DNA from: Eledone cirrhosa
Taxonomy: Eukaryota
Assembly (NCBI GenBank): GCA_964016885.1
Contig: OZ024744.1
Coordinates: 131,378,001 to 131,442,000, forward strand
DNA: 64,000 nt
Direction of reading: 5' to 3'
This document shows positions 1 through 12,624 of the stretch, piece by piece (the stretch's first letter is position 1; each line of letters starts with the position of its first letter). The notes beneath the pieces were generated by a model. The model was not told the DNA's origin. It worked only from the letters and a program-made list of their open reading frames with translations, and did no database searches. Made by a program: the position numbers and the translations under genes.

Positions 1-2043
1 GTTAAGTTGCAGTTAAGTTAAGTTGAGGTTAAGTTAAGTTGGGGTTAAGTTAAGTTGGGGTTAAGTTAAGTTGGGGCTAAGTTAAGTTGGGGCTAAGTTA
101 AGTTGGGGCTAAGTTAAGTTGGGGTTCAGTTAAGTTGGGGTTAAGTTAAGTTTGGGTTAAGTTGGGGTTAAATTAAGTTGGGGTTAAGTTAAGTTGGGGT
201 TTAGTTAAGTTGGGGTTAAGTTAAGTTGGGGTTAATTTAAGTTGGGGTTAAGTTAAGTTGGGGTTAAGTTAAGTGGTGGTTATGTTAAGTTGGGGTTAAG
301 TTAAGTTGGGGTTAATTTAAATTGGGGTTAAGTTAACTTTGTGGTTAAGTTAAGTTGGGGTTAAGTTAAGTTGGGGTTAAGTTAAGTTGGGGTTCAGTTA
401 AGTTGCGGTTAAGTTAAGTTGGGGTTAAGTTAAGTTGGGGTTAAGTTAAGTTGGGGTTAAGTTAAGTTGGGGTCAAGTTAATTTGGGGTTAAGTTAAGTT
501 GGGGTTAAGTTAAGTTGGTTAGTTAAGTTGAGTTTAATTTAAGTTGGGGCTAAGTTAAGTTGGGGTTAAGTTAAGTTGGGGTTAAGTTAAGTTGGGGTTT
601 AGTTAAGTTGGGGTTAAGTTAAGTTGGGGTTAATTTAAGTTGGGGTTAAGTTAAGTTGGGGTTAAGTTAAGTGGTGGTTATGTTAAGTTGGGGTTAAGTT
701 AAGTTGGGGTTAATTTAAATTGGGGTTAAGTTAACTTTGTGGTTAAGTTAAGTTGGGGTTAAGTTAAGTTGGGGTTAAGTTAAGTTGGGGTTCAGTTAAG
801 TTGCGGTTAATTTAAGTTGGGGCTAAGTTAAGTTGGGGTTAAGTTAAGTTGGGGTTAAGTTAAGTTGGGGTTAAGTTAATTTGGGGTTCAGTTAAGTTGG
901 GGTTAAGTCAAGTTGGGGTTAAGTTGGGGTTAAATTAATCTGGGGTTAAGTTATTGTTGGGGTTAAGTTAAGTTGGGGTTAAGTTAAGTTGGGGTTAAGT
1001 TAAGTTGGGGTTAAGTTAATTTGGGGTTGAGTTAATTTGGGGTTAAGTTAAGTTGGGGTTAAGTTAAGTTGGGTTTAAGTTAAGTTGGGGTTAAATTAAG
1101 TTGGGGTGAAATTAAGTTGGGGTTAAGTTAAGTTGGGGGTAAGTTAAGTTGGGGGCAAGTTAAGTTGGGGTTAAGTTAAGTTGGGGTTAAATTAAGTTGG
1201 GGTTACGTTAAGTTGGTGTTAAGTTAAGTTGGGGTTAATTTAAGTTGGGGTTAATGAAGTTGGGGTTAAGTTAAGTTGGGGTTAAGTTAAGTTGGGGTTA
1301 ATTTAAGTTGGGATTGAGTTAAGTTGGGGTTAAGTTAAGTTGGGGTTATATTAAGTTGAGGTTAAGTTAAGTTGGGGTTAAGTTAAGTTGGGGTTCAGTT
1401 AAGTTGCGGTTAAGTTAAGTTGGGGTTAAGTTAAGTTGGGGTTAAGTTAAGTTGGGGTTAAGTTAAGTTGGGGTCAAGTTAAGTTGGGGTTAAGTTAAGT
1501 TGGGATTAAGTTAAGTTGGGGTTAAGTTAAGTTGGGGTTAAGTTAAGTAGGGGTTAAGTTAAGTTGGGGTTAAGTTAAGTTGAGGTTAAGTTAAGTTGGG
1601 GTTAAATTAAGTTGGGGTTAATTTAAGTTGGGGTTAATTTAAGCTGGGGTTAAGTTAAGTTGGGGATAATTTAAGTTGGGGATAAGTTAAGTTGGGGTTA
1701 AGTTAAGTTGGGTTTAAGTTAAGTTGGGGTTAAGTTAAGTTGGGGTTAAGTTAAGTTGGTTAGTTAAGTTGAGTTTAAGTTAAGTTGGGGTTAACTTAAG
1801 TTGGGGTTAAGTTACGTTGGGGTTAAGTTAAGTTGGGGTTAAGTTAAGTTGGGGTTCAGTTAAGTTGGGGTTAAATCAAGTTGGGGTTAAGTTGGGGTTA
1901 AATTAATTTGGGGTTAAGTTAAGTTGGGGTTAAGTTAAGTTGGGGTTAAGTTAAGTTGGGGTTAAGTTAAGTTGGGGTTAAGTTAAGTTGGAGTTAAGTT
2001 AAGTTTGGGTTGAGTTAAGTTGGGGTTGAGTTAAATTGGGGTT

Positions 2044-2532
2044 AACTCCAACTTAAGTTAACCCCAACTTAACTTAACCCCAACTTCACTCAACCCCAAC
2101 TTAACTTAACCCCAACTTCACTCAACCCCAACTTAACTCAACCCCAACTTAACTTAACCCCAACTTCACTCAACCCCAACTTATCTTAACCCCAACTTCA
2201 CTCAACCCCAACTTAACTCATCCCCAACTTAACTTAACCCCAACTTAACTTAACTCTAACTTAACTTAACCCCGACTTAACTTAACCTCGACTTAACTTA
2301 ACCCCAACTTAATTTAACCCCAACTTAACTTAACCCCAACTTAACTTAACCACAAATTAACTTAACCCCAACTTCAATTAACCCCAACTTAACTTAACCC
2401 CAACTTAACTTAACCCCAACTTAACTTAACCCCAACTTAACTCACACCCAACTTACCTTACCCCCAACTTAACTTAACCCCAACTTGACTTAACGCCAAC
2501 TTAACTTAACCCCAACTTAACTTAACCCCAAA
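2044..2532 (-). repeat. Inverted satellite block 1 (type A, 489 bp)
   Basis: Switches to (AACTTAACTTAACCCC)n at GGGGTTAACTCCAACTTAAGTTAACCCC and switches back at CCCCAAATTCGGGG. Confidence 0.97.
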
Positions 2533-2560
2533 TTCGGGGTTAAGTTATGTTGGGGTTAAG

Positions 2561-2580
2561 TTAAGTTAGGCCTAACTTAA
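2561..2580. repeat. 20-bp perfect palindrome TTAAGTTAGGCCTAACTTAA in the tail of type A modules (AGGCCT also at 4264, 7464, 19428, 28777); type B tails carry the imperfect TTAGGCTTAACTTAA
   Basis: The 20-mer equals its own reverse complement. A version of this tail follows the right junction of every inverted block. Confidence 0.93.
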
Positions 2581-3739
2581 GTTGGAGTTAAGTTAAGTTG
2601 GGGGTAAGTTAAGTTGGGGGTAAGTTAAGTTGGGGTTAAGTTAAGTTGGGGTTAAGTTGGGGTTAAGTTAAGTTAGGGTTAAGTTAATTTGGGGTTGAGT
2701 TAAGTTGGGGTTAAGTTAAGTGGTGGTTATGTTAAGTTGGGGTGAAGTTAACTGGGGTTAATTTAAATTGGTGTTAAGTTAACTTTGTGGTTAAGTTAAG
2801 TTGGGGTTAAGTTAAGTTGGGGTTAAGTTAAGTTGGGGTTGAGTTAAGTTGGGGTTGAGTGAAGTTGGGGTTAAGTTAAGTTGGGGTTAATTTAAGTTGA
2901 GGTTAAGTTAAATCGGAGTTAAGTTAAGTTGGGGTTGAGTTAAGTTGGCGTTAATTTAAGTTGGGGCTAAGTTAAGTTGGGGTTAAGTTAAGTTGAGGTT
3001 AAGTTAAGTTGGGGTTGAGTTAAGTTGGGGTTGAGTTAATTTGGGGTTAAGTTAAGTTGGGGTTAAGTTAAGTTGGGTTTAAGTTAAGTTGGGGTTAAAT
3101 TAAGTTGGGATTAAATTAAGTTGGGGTTAAGTTAAGTTGGGGGTAAGATAAGTTGGGGGCAAGTTAAGTTGGGGTTAAGTTAAGTTGGGGTTAAATTAAG
3201 TTGGGGTTAATTTAAGTTGGGGTTATATTAAGTCGGGGTTAAGTTAAGTTGGTGTTCATTTAAGTTGGGGTTAAGTTAAGTTTGGGTTAAGTTGGGGTTA
3301 AATTAAGTTGGGGTTAATTTAAGTTGGGGTTAATTTAAGCTGGGGTTAAGTTAAGTTGGGGATAATTTAAGTTGGGGATAAGTTAAGTTGGGGTTAAGTT
3401 AAGTTGGGTTTAAGTTAAGTTGGGGTTAAGTTAAGTTGGGGTTAAGTTAAGTTGGTTAGTTAAGTTGAGTTTAAGTTAAGTTGGGGTTAACTTAAGTTGG
3501 GGTTAAGTTACGTTGGGGTTAAGTTAAGTTGGGGTTAAGTTAAGTTGGGGTTCAGTTAAGTTGGGGTTAAATCAAGTTGGGGTTAAGTTGGGGTTAAATT
3601 AATTTGGGGTTAAGTTAAGTTGGGGTTAAGTTAAGTTGGGGTTAAGTTAAGTTGGGGTTAAGTTAAGTTGGGGTTAAGTTAAGTTGGAGTTAAGTTAAGT
3701 TTGGGTTGAGTTAAGTTGGGGTTGAGTTAAATTGGGGTT

Positions 3740-4228
3740 AACTCCAACTTAAGTTAACCCCAACTTAACTTAACCCCAACTTCACTCAACCCCAACTTAA
3801 CTTAACCCCAACTTCACTCAACCCCAACTTAACTCAACCCCAACTTAACTTAACCCCAACTTCACTCAACCCCAACTTATCTTAACCCCAACTTCACTCA
3901 ACCCCAACTTAACTCATCCCCAACTTAACTTAACCCCAACTTAACTTAACTCTAACTTAACTTAACCCCGACTTAACTTAACCTCGACTTAACTTAACCC
4001 CAACTTAATTTAACCCCAACTTAACTTAACCCCAACTTAACTTAACCACAAATTAACTTAACCCCAACTTCAATTAACCCCAACTTAACTTAACCCCAAC
4101 TTAACTTAACCCCAACTTAACTTAACCCCAACTTAACTCACACCCAACTTACCTTACCCCCAACTTAACTTAACCCCAACTTGACTTAACCCCAACTTAA
4201 CTTAACCCCAACTTAACTTAACCCCAAA
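3740..4228 (-). repeat. Inverted block 2 (type A, 489 bp)
   Basis: Same junctions as block 1; shares the private variant AACTCATCCCC at offset 1696. Confidence 0.97.
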
Positions 4229-6955
4229 TTCGGGGTTAAGTTATGTTGGGGTTAAGTTAAGTTAGGCCTAACTTAAGTTGGAGTTAAGTTAAGTTGGGGG
4301 TAAGTTAAGTTGGGGGTAAGTTAAGTTGGGGTTAAGTTAAGTTGGGGTTAAGTTGGGGTTAAGTTAAGTTAGGGTTAAGTTAATTTGGGGTTGAGTTAAG
4401 TTGGGGTTAAGTTAAGTGGTGGTTATGTTAAGTTGGGGTGAAGTTAACTGGGGTTAATTTAAATTGGTGTTAAGTGAACTTTGTGGTTAAGTTAAGTTGG
4501 GGTTAAGTTAAGTTGGGGTTAAGTTAAGTTGGGGTTGAGTTAAGTTGGGGTTGAGTGAAGTTGGGGTTAAGTTAAGTTGGGGTTAATTTAAGTTGAGGTT
4601 AAGTTAAATCGGAGTTAAGTTAAGTTGGGGTTGAGTTAAGTTGGCGTTAATTTAAGTTGGGGCTAAGTTAAGTTGGGGTTAAGTTAAGTTGAGGTTAAGT
4701 TAAGTTGGGGTTGGGTTAAGTTGGGGTTGAGTTAATTTGGGGTTAAGTTAAGTTGGGGTTAAGTTAAGTTGGGTTTAAGTTAAGTTGATGTTAAATTAAG
4801 TTGGGATTAAATTAAGTTGGGGTTAAGTTAAGTTGGGGGTAAGATAAGTTGGGGGCAAGCTAAGTTGGGGTTAAGTTAAGTTGGGGTTAAATTAAGTTGG
4901 GGTTAAGTTAAGTTGGGGTTATATTAAGTCGGGGTTAAGTTAAGTTGGTGTTCATTTAAGTTGGGGTTAAGTTAAGTTTGGGTTAAGTTGGGGTTAAATT
5001 AAGTTGGGGTTAAGTTAAGTTGGGGTTAAGTTAAGTTGGGGTTAAGTTAAGTTGGGGTTCAGTTAAGTTGGGGTTAAGTTAAGTTGGGGTTAAGATGGGG
5101 TTAAATTAAGTTGGGGTTAAGTTAAGTTGGGGTTAAGTTAAGTTGGGGTTAAGTTAAGTTGGGGTTAAGTTAAGTCGGGGTTAAGTTAAGTCGGGGTTAA
5201 GTTAAGTTAGGGTTAAGTTAAGTTGGAGTTAAGTTAAGTTGGGGTTGAGTTAAGTTGGGGTTGAGTTAAATTGGGGTGGAGTTAAGTTGGGGTTGAGTTA
5301 AGTTGGTGTTGAGTTAAGTTGGGGTTAAGTTAAGTTGGGGTTAAGTTAAGTTGCAGTTAAGTTAAGTTGAGGTTAAGTTAAGTTGGGGTTAAGTTAAGTT
5401 GGGGTTAAGTTAAGTTGGGGCTAAGTTAAGTTGGGGCTAAGTTAAGTTGGGGCTAAGTTAAGTTGGGGTTCAGTTAAGTTGGGGTTAAGTTAAGTTTGGG
5501 TTAAGTTGGGGTTAAATTAAGTTGGGGTTAAGTTAAGTTGGGGTTTAGTTAAGTTGGGGTTAAGTTAAGTTGGGGTTAAGTTAAGTGGTGGTTATGTTAA
5601 GTTGGGGTTAAGTTAAGTTGGGGTTAATTTAAATTGGGGTTAAGTTAACTTTGTGGTTAAGTTAAGTTGGGGTTAAGTTAATTGGGGTTAAGTTAAGTTG
5701 GGGTTCAGTTAAGTTGCGGTTAAGTTAAGTTGGGGTTAAGTTAAGTTGGGGTTAAGTTAAGTTGGGGTTAAGTTAAGTTGGGGTCAAGTTAAGTTGGGGT
5801 TAAGTTAAGTTGGGGTTAAGTTAAGTTGGTTAGTTAAGTTGAGTTTAATTTAAGTTGGGGTTAATTTAAGTTGGGGCTAAGTTAAGTTGGGGTTAAGTTA
5901 AGTTGGGGTTAAGTTAAGTTGGGGTTAAGTTAATTTGGGGTTCAGTTAAGTTGGGGTTAAGTCAAGTTGGGGTTAAGTTGGGGTTAAATTAATCTGGGGT
6001 TAAGTTATTGTTGGGGTTAAGTTAAGTTGGGGTTAAGTTAAGTTGGGGTTAAGTTAAGTTGGGGTTAAGTTAATTTGGGGTTGAGTTAATTTGGGGTTAA
6101 GTTAAGTTGGGGTTAAGTTAAGTTGGGTTTAAGTTAAGTTGGGGTTAAATTAAGTTGGGGTTAAATTAAGTTGGGGTTAAGTTAAGTTGGGGGTAAGTTA
6201 AGTTGGGGGCAAGTTAAGTTGGGGTTAAGTTAAGTTGGGGTTAAATTAAGTTGGGGTTACGTTAAGTTGGTGTTAAGTTAAGTTGGGGTTAATTTAAGTT
6301 GGGGTTAATGAAGTTGGGGTTAAGTTAAGTTGGGGTTAAGTTAAGTTGGGGTTAATTTAAGTTGGGATTGAGTTAAGTTGGGGTTAAGTTAAGTTGGGTT
6401 ATATTAAGTTGAGGTTAAGTTAAGTTGGGGTTAAGTTAAGTTGGGGTTCAGTTAAGTTGCGGTTAAGTTAAGTTGGGGTTAAGTTAAGTTGGGGTTAAGT
6501 TAAGTTGGGGTCAAGTTAAGTTGGGGTTAAGTTAAGTTGGGGTTAAGTTAAGTTGAGGTTAAGTTAAGTTGGAGTTAAATTAAGTTGGGGTTAATTTAAG
6601 TTGGGGTTAATTTAAGCTGGGGTTAAGTTAAGTTGGGGATAATTTAAGTTGGGGATGAGTTAAGTTGGGGTTAAGTTAAGTTGGGTTTACGTTAAGTTGG
6701 GGTTAATTTAAGTTGGGGTTAAGTTACGTTGGGGTTAAGTTAAGTTGGGGTTAAGTTAAGTTGGGGTTCAGTTAAGTTGGGGTTAAATCAAGTTGGGGTT
6801 AAGTTGGGGTTAAAGTAATTTGGGGTTAAGTTAAGTTGGGGTTAAGTTAAGTTGGGGTTAAGTTAAGTTGGGGTTAAGTTAAGTTGGGGTTAAGTTAAGT
6901 TGGAGTTAAGTTAAGTTTGGGTTGAGTTAAGTTGGGGTTGAGTTAAATTGGGGTT

Positions 6956-7428
6956 AACTCCAACTTAAGTTAACCCCAACTTAACTTAACCCCAACTTCA
7001 CTCAACCCCAACTTAACTTAACCCCAACTTCACTCAACCCCAACTTAACTCAACCCCAACTTAACTTAACCCCAACTTCACTCAACCCCAACTTATCTTA
7101 ACCCCAACTTCACTCAACCCCAACTTAACTCAACCCCAACTTAACTTAACCCCAACTTAACTTAACCCTAACTTAACTTAACCCCGACTTAACTTAACCT
7201 CGACTTAACTTAACCCCAACTTAATTTAACCCCAACTTAACTTAACCCCAACTTAACTTAACCACAAATTAACTTAACCCCAACTTCAATTAACCCCAAC
7301 TTAACTTAACCCCAACTTAACTTAACCCCAACTTAACTTAACCCCAACTTAACTCACACCCAACTTACCTTACCCCCAACTTAACTTAACCCCAACTTGA
7401 CTTAACCCCAACTTAACTTAACCCCGAA
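6956..7428 (-). repeat. Inverted block 3 (type A, 473 bp, EcoRI right junction)
   Basis: Left junction GTTAACTCC; right junction CCCCGAATTCGGGG (GAATTC at 7426-7431). Confidence 0.97.
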
Positions 7429-8920
7429 TTCGGGGTTAAGTTATGTTGGGGTTAAGTTAAGTTAGGCCTAACTTAAGTTGGAGTTAAGTTAAGTTGGGGG
7501 TAAGTTAAGTTGGGGGTAAGTTAAGTTGGGGTTAAGTTAAGTTGGGGTTAAGTTGGGGTTAAGTTAAGTTAGGGTTAAGTTAAGTTGCGGTTGAGTTAAG
7601 TTGGGGTTAAGTTAAGTGGGGTTAATTTAAATTGGTGTTAAGTTAACTTTGTGGTTAAGTTAAGTTGGGGTTAAGTTAAGTTGGGGTTAAGTTAAGTTGG
7701 GGTTGAGTTAAGTTGGGGTTGAGTGAAGATGGGGTTAAGTTAAGTTGGGGTTAATTTAAGTTGGGGTTAAGTTAAATCGGAGTTAAGTTAAGTTGGGGTT
7801 AAGTTAAGTTGGGGTTAAGTTAAGTTGGGGTTAATTTAAGTTGGGGTTAAGTTAAGTTGCGGGTAATTTAAGTTGGAGTTAAGTTAAGTTGGGGTTAAGT
7901 TAAGTTGGGGTTAAGTTAAGTTGGGGTTAAGGTAAGTTGGGGTTAAGTTAAGTTGGGGCTAAGTTAAGTTGGGGCTGAGTTAAGTTGGGGTTAAGTTAAG
8001 TTGGGGTTAAGTTAAGTTGGGGTTAAGTTAAGTTGGGGTTAAGTTAAGTTGGGGTTGAGTTAAGTTGGGGTTAAGTTAAGTAGGGGTAAGTTAAGTTGGG
8101 GTTCAGTTAAGTTGGGGTTAAGTTAAGTTGGGGTTAAGATGGGGTTAAATTAAGTTGGGGTTAAGTTAAGTTGGGGTTAAGTTAAGTTGGGGTTAAGTTA
8201 AGTTGGGGTTAAGTTAAGTCGGGGTTAAGTTAAGTCGGGGTTAAGTTAAGTTAGGGTTAAGTTAAGTTGGAGTTAAGTTAAGTTGGGGTTGAGTTAAGTT
8301 GGGGTTGAGTTAAATTGGGGTTGAGTTAAGTTGGGGTTGATTTAAGTTGGTGTTGAGTTAAGTTGGGGTTAAATTAAGTTGGGGTTAAATTAAGTTGGGG
8401 TTACGTAAATTTGGGGGTAAGTTAAGTTGGGGGCAAGTTAAGTTGGGGCTAAGTTAAGTTGGGGTTAAATTAAGTTGGGGTTACGTTAAGTTGGTGTTAA
8501 GTTAAGTTGGGGTTAATTTAAGTTGGGGTTAATTAAGTTAGGGTTAAGTTAAGTTGGGGTTAAGTTAAGTTGGGGTTAATTTAAGTTGGGGTTGAGTTAA
8601 GTTAGGGTTAAGTTAAGTTGGGGTTTATGAAGTTGGGGTTAAGTTAAGTTGGGGTTAAGTTAAGTTGGGGTTCAGTTAAGTTGCGGTTAAGTTAAGTTGG
8701 GGTTAAGTTAAGTTGGGGTTAAGTTAAGTTGGTTAGTTAAGTTGAGTTTAAGTTAAGTTGGGGTTAATTTAAGTTGGGGTTAAGTTAAGTTGGGGTTAAG
8801 TTAAGTTGGGGTTAAGTCAAGTTGGGGTTAAGTTGGGGTTAAATTAATTTGGGGTTAAGTTAAGTTGGGGTTAAGTTAAGTTGGGGTTATGTTAAGTTGG
8901 GGTTAAGTTAAGTTGTGGTT

Positions 8921-9345
8921 AACCCCAACTTCACTCAACCCCACCTTAACTCAACCCCAACTTAACTTAACCCCAACTTCACTCAACCCCAACTTAACTT
9001 AACCCCAACTTCACTCAACCCCAACTTAAATCAACCCCAACTTAACATAACCCCAACTTAACTTAACCCTAACTTAACTTAACCCCGACTTAACTTAACT
9101 TCGACTTAACTTAACCCCAACTTAACTTAACCCCAACTTAACTTAACCCCAACTTAACTTAACCACAAATTAACTTAACCCCAACTTAAATTAACCCCAA
9201 CTTAAATTAACCCCAACTTAACTTAACCCCAACTTAACTTAACCCCAACTTAACTCACACCCAACTTAACTTACCCCCAACTTAACTTAACGCCAACTTG
9301 ACTTAACCCCAAATTAACTTAACCCCAACTTAACTTAACCCCAAA
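8921..9345 (-). repeat. Inverted block 4 (type B, 425 bp)
   Basis: Left junction GTTGTGGTTAACCCC; right junction CCCCAAATTCGGGG. Confidence 0.97.
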
Positions 9346-10431
9346 TTCGGGGTTAAGTTAAGTTGGGGTTAAGTTAAGTTAGGCTTAACTTAAGTTGGGG
9401 TTAAGTTAAGTTGGGGGTAAGTTAAGTTCTGGGTAAGTTAAGTTGAGGTTAAGTTAAGTTGGGGTTAAGTTGGGGTTAAGTTAAGTTAGGGTTAAGTTAA
9501 GTTGGGGTTGAGTTAAGTTGGGGTTAAGTTAAGTTAGGGTTAAGTTAAGTTGGGGTCAAGTTAAATTGGGGTTAAAATTAAGTTGGGGTTAAGTCAAGTT
9601 GGGGCTAAGTTAAGTTGGGGCTAAGTTAAGTTGGGGCTACGTTAAGTTGGGGTTAAGTTAAGTTGGGGTTAAGTTAAGTTGGGGTTAATTTAAATTGGGG
9701 TTAAGTTAACTTTGTGGTTAAGTTAAGTTGGGGTAAAGTTAAGTTGGGGTTAAGTTAAGTTGGGGTTGAGTTAAGTTGGGGTTGAGTCAAGTTGGGGTTA
9801 AGTTAAGTTGGGGTTAAGTTAAGTTGGCGTTTATTTAAGTTGGGGTTGAGTTAAGTTGGGGTTGAGTTAATTTAGGGTTAAGTTAAGTTGGGGTTAAGTT
9901 AAGTTGTGTTTAAGTTAAGTTGGGGTTAAATTAAGTTGGGGTTAAGTTAAGTTGGGGGTAAGTTAAGTTGGGGTTAAGTTAAGTTGGGGTTAAGTTAAGT
10001 TGGGGTTAAGTTAAGTTGGGGTCAAGTTAAGTTAGGGTTAAAATTAAGTTGGGGTTAAGTCAAGTTGGGGTTAAGTTAAGTTGGGGTTAATTTAGTTGGG
10101 GTTAAGTTAAGTTGGGGCTAAGTTAAGTTGGGGCTAAGTTAAGTTGCGGCTAAGTTAAGTTGGGGTTAAGTTAAGTTGGGGTTAAGTTAAGGTGGGGTTA
10201 ATTTAAGTTGGGGTCAACTTAAATTGGGGTTAAGTTAAGTTGGTTAGTTAAGTTGAGTTTAAGTTAAGTTGGGGTTAATTTAAGTTGGGGTTAAGTTAAG
10301 TTGGGGTTAAGTTAAGTTGGGGTTAAGTTAATTTGGGGTTCAGTTAAGTTGGGGTTAAGTCAAGTTGGGGTTAAGTTGGGGTTAAATTAAGTTGGGGTTA
10401 AGTTAATTCGTGGTTAAGTTAAGTTGGGGTT

Positions 10432-10840
10432 AACCCCAACTTCACTCAACCCCACCTTAACTCAACCCCAACTTTACTTAACCCCAACTTCACTCAACCC
10501 CAACTTAACTTAACCCCAACTTCACTCAACCCCAACTTAACTCAACCCCAACTTAACTTAACCCCAACTTAACTTAACGCTAACTTAACTTAACCCCGAC
10601 TTCACTTAACTTCGACTTAACTTAACCCCAACTTAACTTAACGCCAACTTAACTTAACCACAAATTAACTTAACCCCAACTTAAATTAACCCCAACTTAA
10701 ATTAACCCCAACTTAACTTAACCCCAACTTAACTTAACCCCAACTTAACTCACACCCAACTTAACTTACCCCCAACTTAACTTAACCCAAACTTGACTTA
10801 ACCCCAACTTAACTTAACCCCAACTTAACTTAACCCCAAA
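10432..10840 (-). repeat. Inverted block 5 (type B, 409 bp)
   Basis: Left junction AAGTTGGGGTTAACCCCAACTT (22-bp perfect palindrome, 10421-10442); right junction CCCCAAATTCGGGG. Confidence 0.97.
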
Positions 10841-12624
10841 TTCGGGGTTAAGTTAAGTTGGGGTTAAGTTAAGTTAGGCTTAACTTAAGTTGGGGTTAAG
10901 TTAAGTTGGGGGTAAGTTAAGTTCTGGGTAAGTTAATTTGGGGTTAAGTTAAGTTGGGGTTAAGTTGGGGTTAAGTTAAGTTAGGGTTAAGTTAAGTTGG
11001 GGTTGAGTTAAGTTGGGGTTAAGTTAAGTTGGGGTTAAGTTAAGTTGGGGTCAAGTTAAGTTGGGGTTAAAATTAAGTTGGGGTTAAGTCAAGTTGGGGT
11101 TAAGTTAAGTTGGGGTTAATTTAGTTGGGGTTAAGTTAAGTTGGGGCTAAGATAAGTTGGGGCTAAGTTAAGTTGGGGCTAAGTTAAGTTGGGGTTAAGT
11201 TAAGTTAGGGTTAAGTTAAGTTGGGGTTAATTTAAATTGGGGTTAAGTTAACTTTGTGGCTAAGTTAAGTTGGGGTTAAGTTAAGTTGGGGTTAAGTTAA
11301 GTTGGGATTGAGTTAAGTTGGGGTTGAGTGAAGTTGGGGTTAAGTTACGTTGGGGTTAAGTTAAGTTGGCGTTAAGTTAAGTTGGGGTTGAGTTAAGTTG
11401 GCGTTGAGTTAATTTAGGGTTAAGTTAAGTTGGGGTAAAGTTAAGTTGTGTTTAAGTTAAGTTGGGGTTAAATTAAGTTGGGGTTAAATTAAGTTGGGGT
11501 TAAGTTAAGTTGGGGGAAAGTTAAGTTGGGGTTAAGTTAAGTTGGGGTTAAGTTAAGTTGGGGTTAAGTTAAGTTGGGGTCAAGTTAATTTGGGGTTAAA
11601 ATTAAGTTGGGGTTAAATCAAGTTGGGGTTAAGTTAAGTTGGGGTTAATTTAGTTGGGGTTAAGTTAAGTTGGGGCTAAGTTAAGTTGGGGCTAAGTTAA
11701 GTTGGGGCTAAGTTAAGTTGGGGTTAAGTTAAGTTGGTGTTAAGTTAAGTTGGGGCTTAGTTAAGTTGGGGCTGAGTTAAGTTGGGGCTGAGTTAAGTTG
11801 GGGTTAAGTTAAGTTGGGGTTGAGTTAAGTTGGGGTTAAGTTAAGTTGGGGTTAAGTTAAGTTGGGGTTAAGTTAAGTTGGGTTTAAGTTATGTTGGGGT
11901 TGAGTTAAGTTGGGGTTAAGTTAAGTTGGGGTTCAGTTAAGTTGGGGTTAAGTTAAGTTGGGGTTAAGATGGGGTTAAATTAAGTTGGGGTTAAGTTAAG
12001 TTGGGGTTAAGTTAAGTTGGCGTTTATTTAAGTTGGGGTTGAGTTAAGTTGGGGTTGAGTTAATTTAGGGTTAAGTTAAGTTGGGGTTAAGTTAAGTTGT
12101 GTTTAAGTTAAGTTGGGGTTAAATTAAGTTGGGGTTAAGTTAAGTTGGGGGTAAGTTAAGTTGGGGTTAAGTTAAGTTGGGGTTAAGTTAAGTTGGGGTT
12201 AAGTTAAGTTGGGGTCAAGTTAAGTTAGGGTTAAAATTAAGTTGGGGTTAAGTCAAGTTGGGGTTAAGTTAAGTTGGGGTTAATTTAGTTGGGGTTAAGT
12301 TAAGTTGGGGCTAAGTTAAGTTGGGGCTAAGTTAAGTTGCGGCTAAGTTAAGTTGGGGTTAAGTTAAGTTGGGGTTAAGTTAAGGTGGGGTTAATTTAAG
12401 TTGGGGTCAACTTAAATTGGGGTTAAGTTAAGTTGGTTAGTTAAGTTGAGTTTAAGTTAAGTTGGGGTTAATTTAAGTTGGGGTTAAGTTAAGTTGGGGT
12501 TAAGTTAAGTTGGGGTTAAGTTAATTTGGGGTTCAGTTAAGTTGGGGTTAAGTCAAGTTGGGGTTAAGTTGGGGTTAAATTAAGTTGGGGTTAAGTTAAT
12601 TCGTGGTTAAGTTAAGTTGGGGTT

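Larger units (their letters stand above)
1605..4996 (+). repeat. Tandem duplication, unit 1696 bp
   Basis: Markers AAGCTGGGG 1641/3337, TCCCC variant 2221/3917 and TTCATTT 3255/4951 are all offset by 1696. Boundaries are approximate. Confidence 0.88.

Noticed and set aside
2561-2580. Palindromes as rho-independent terminators or operator sites
   Set aside because: There are no genes nearby and no U-tract; the palindromes are explained as inversion-junction products.
2042-2591. Annotating the module as a piggyBac or MITE mobile element
   Set aside because: There is no transposase and no unique internal sequence. TTAA and CCC/GGG ends arise automatically from the monomer, and copies spread together with their flanks. 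It is kept only as a hypothesis in the findings.
7426-7431. EcoRI, StuI and HpaI sites as cloning scars of a synthetic construct
   Set aside because: They sit at palindrome centres, where 6-bp palindromes are expected. Most copies carry a non-cutting variant of the EcoRI and StuI sites, and no vector sequence is present.
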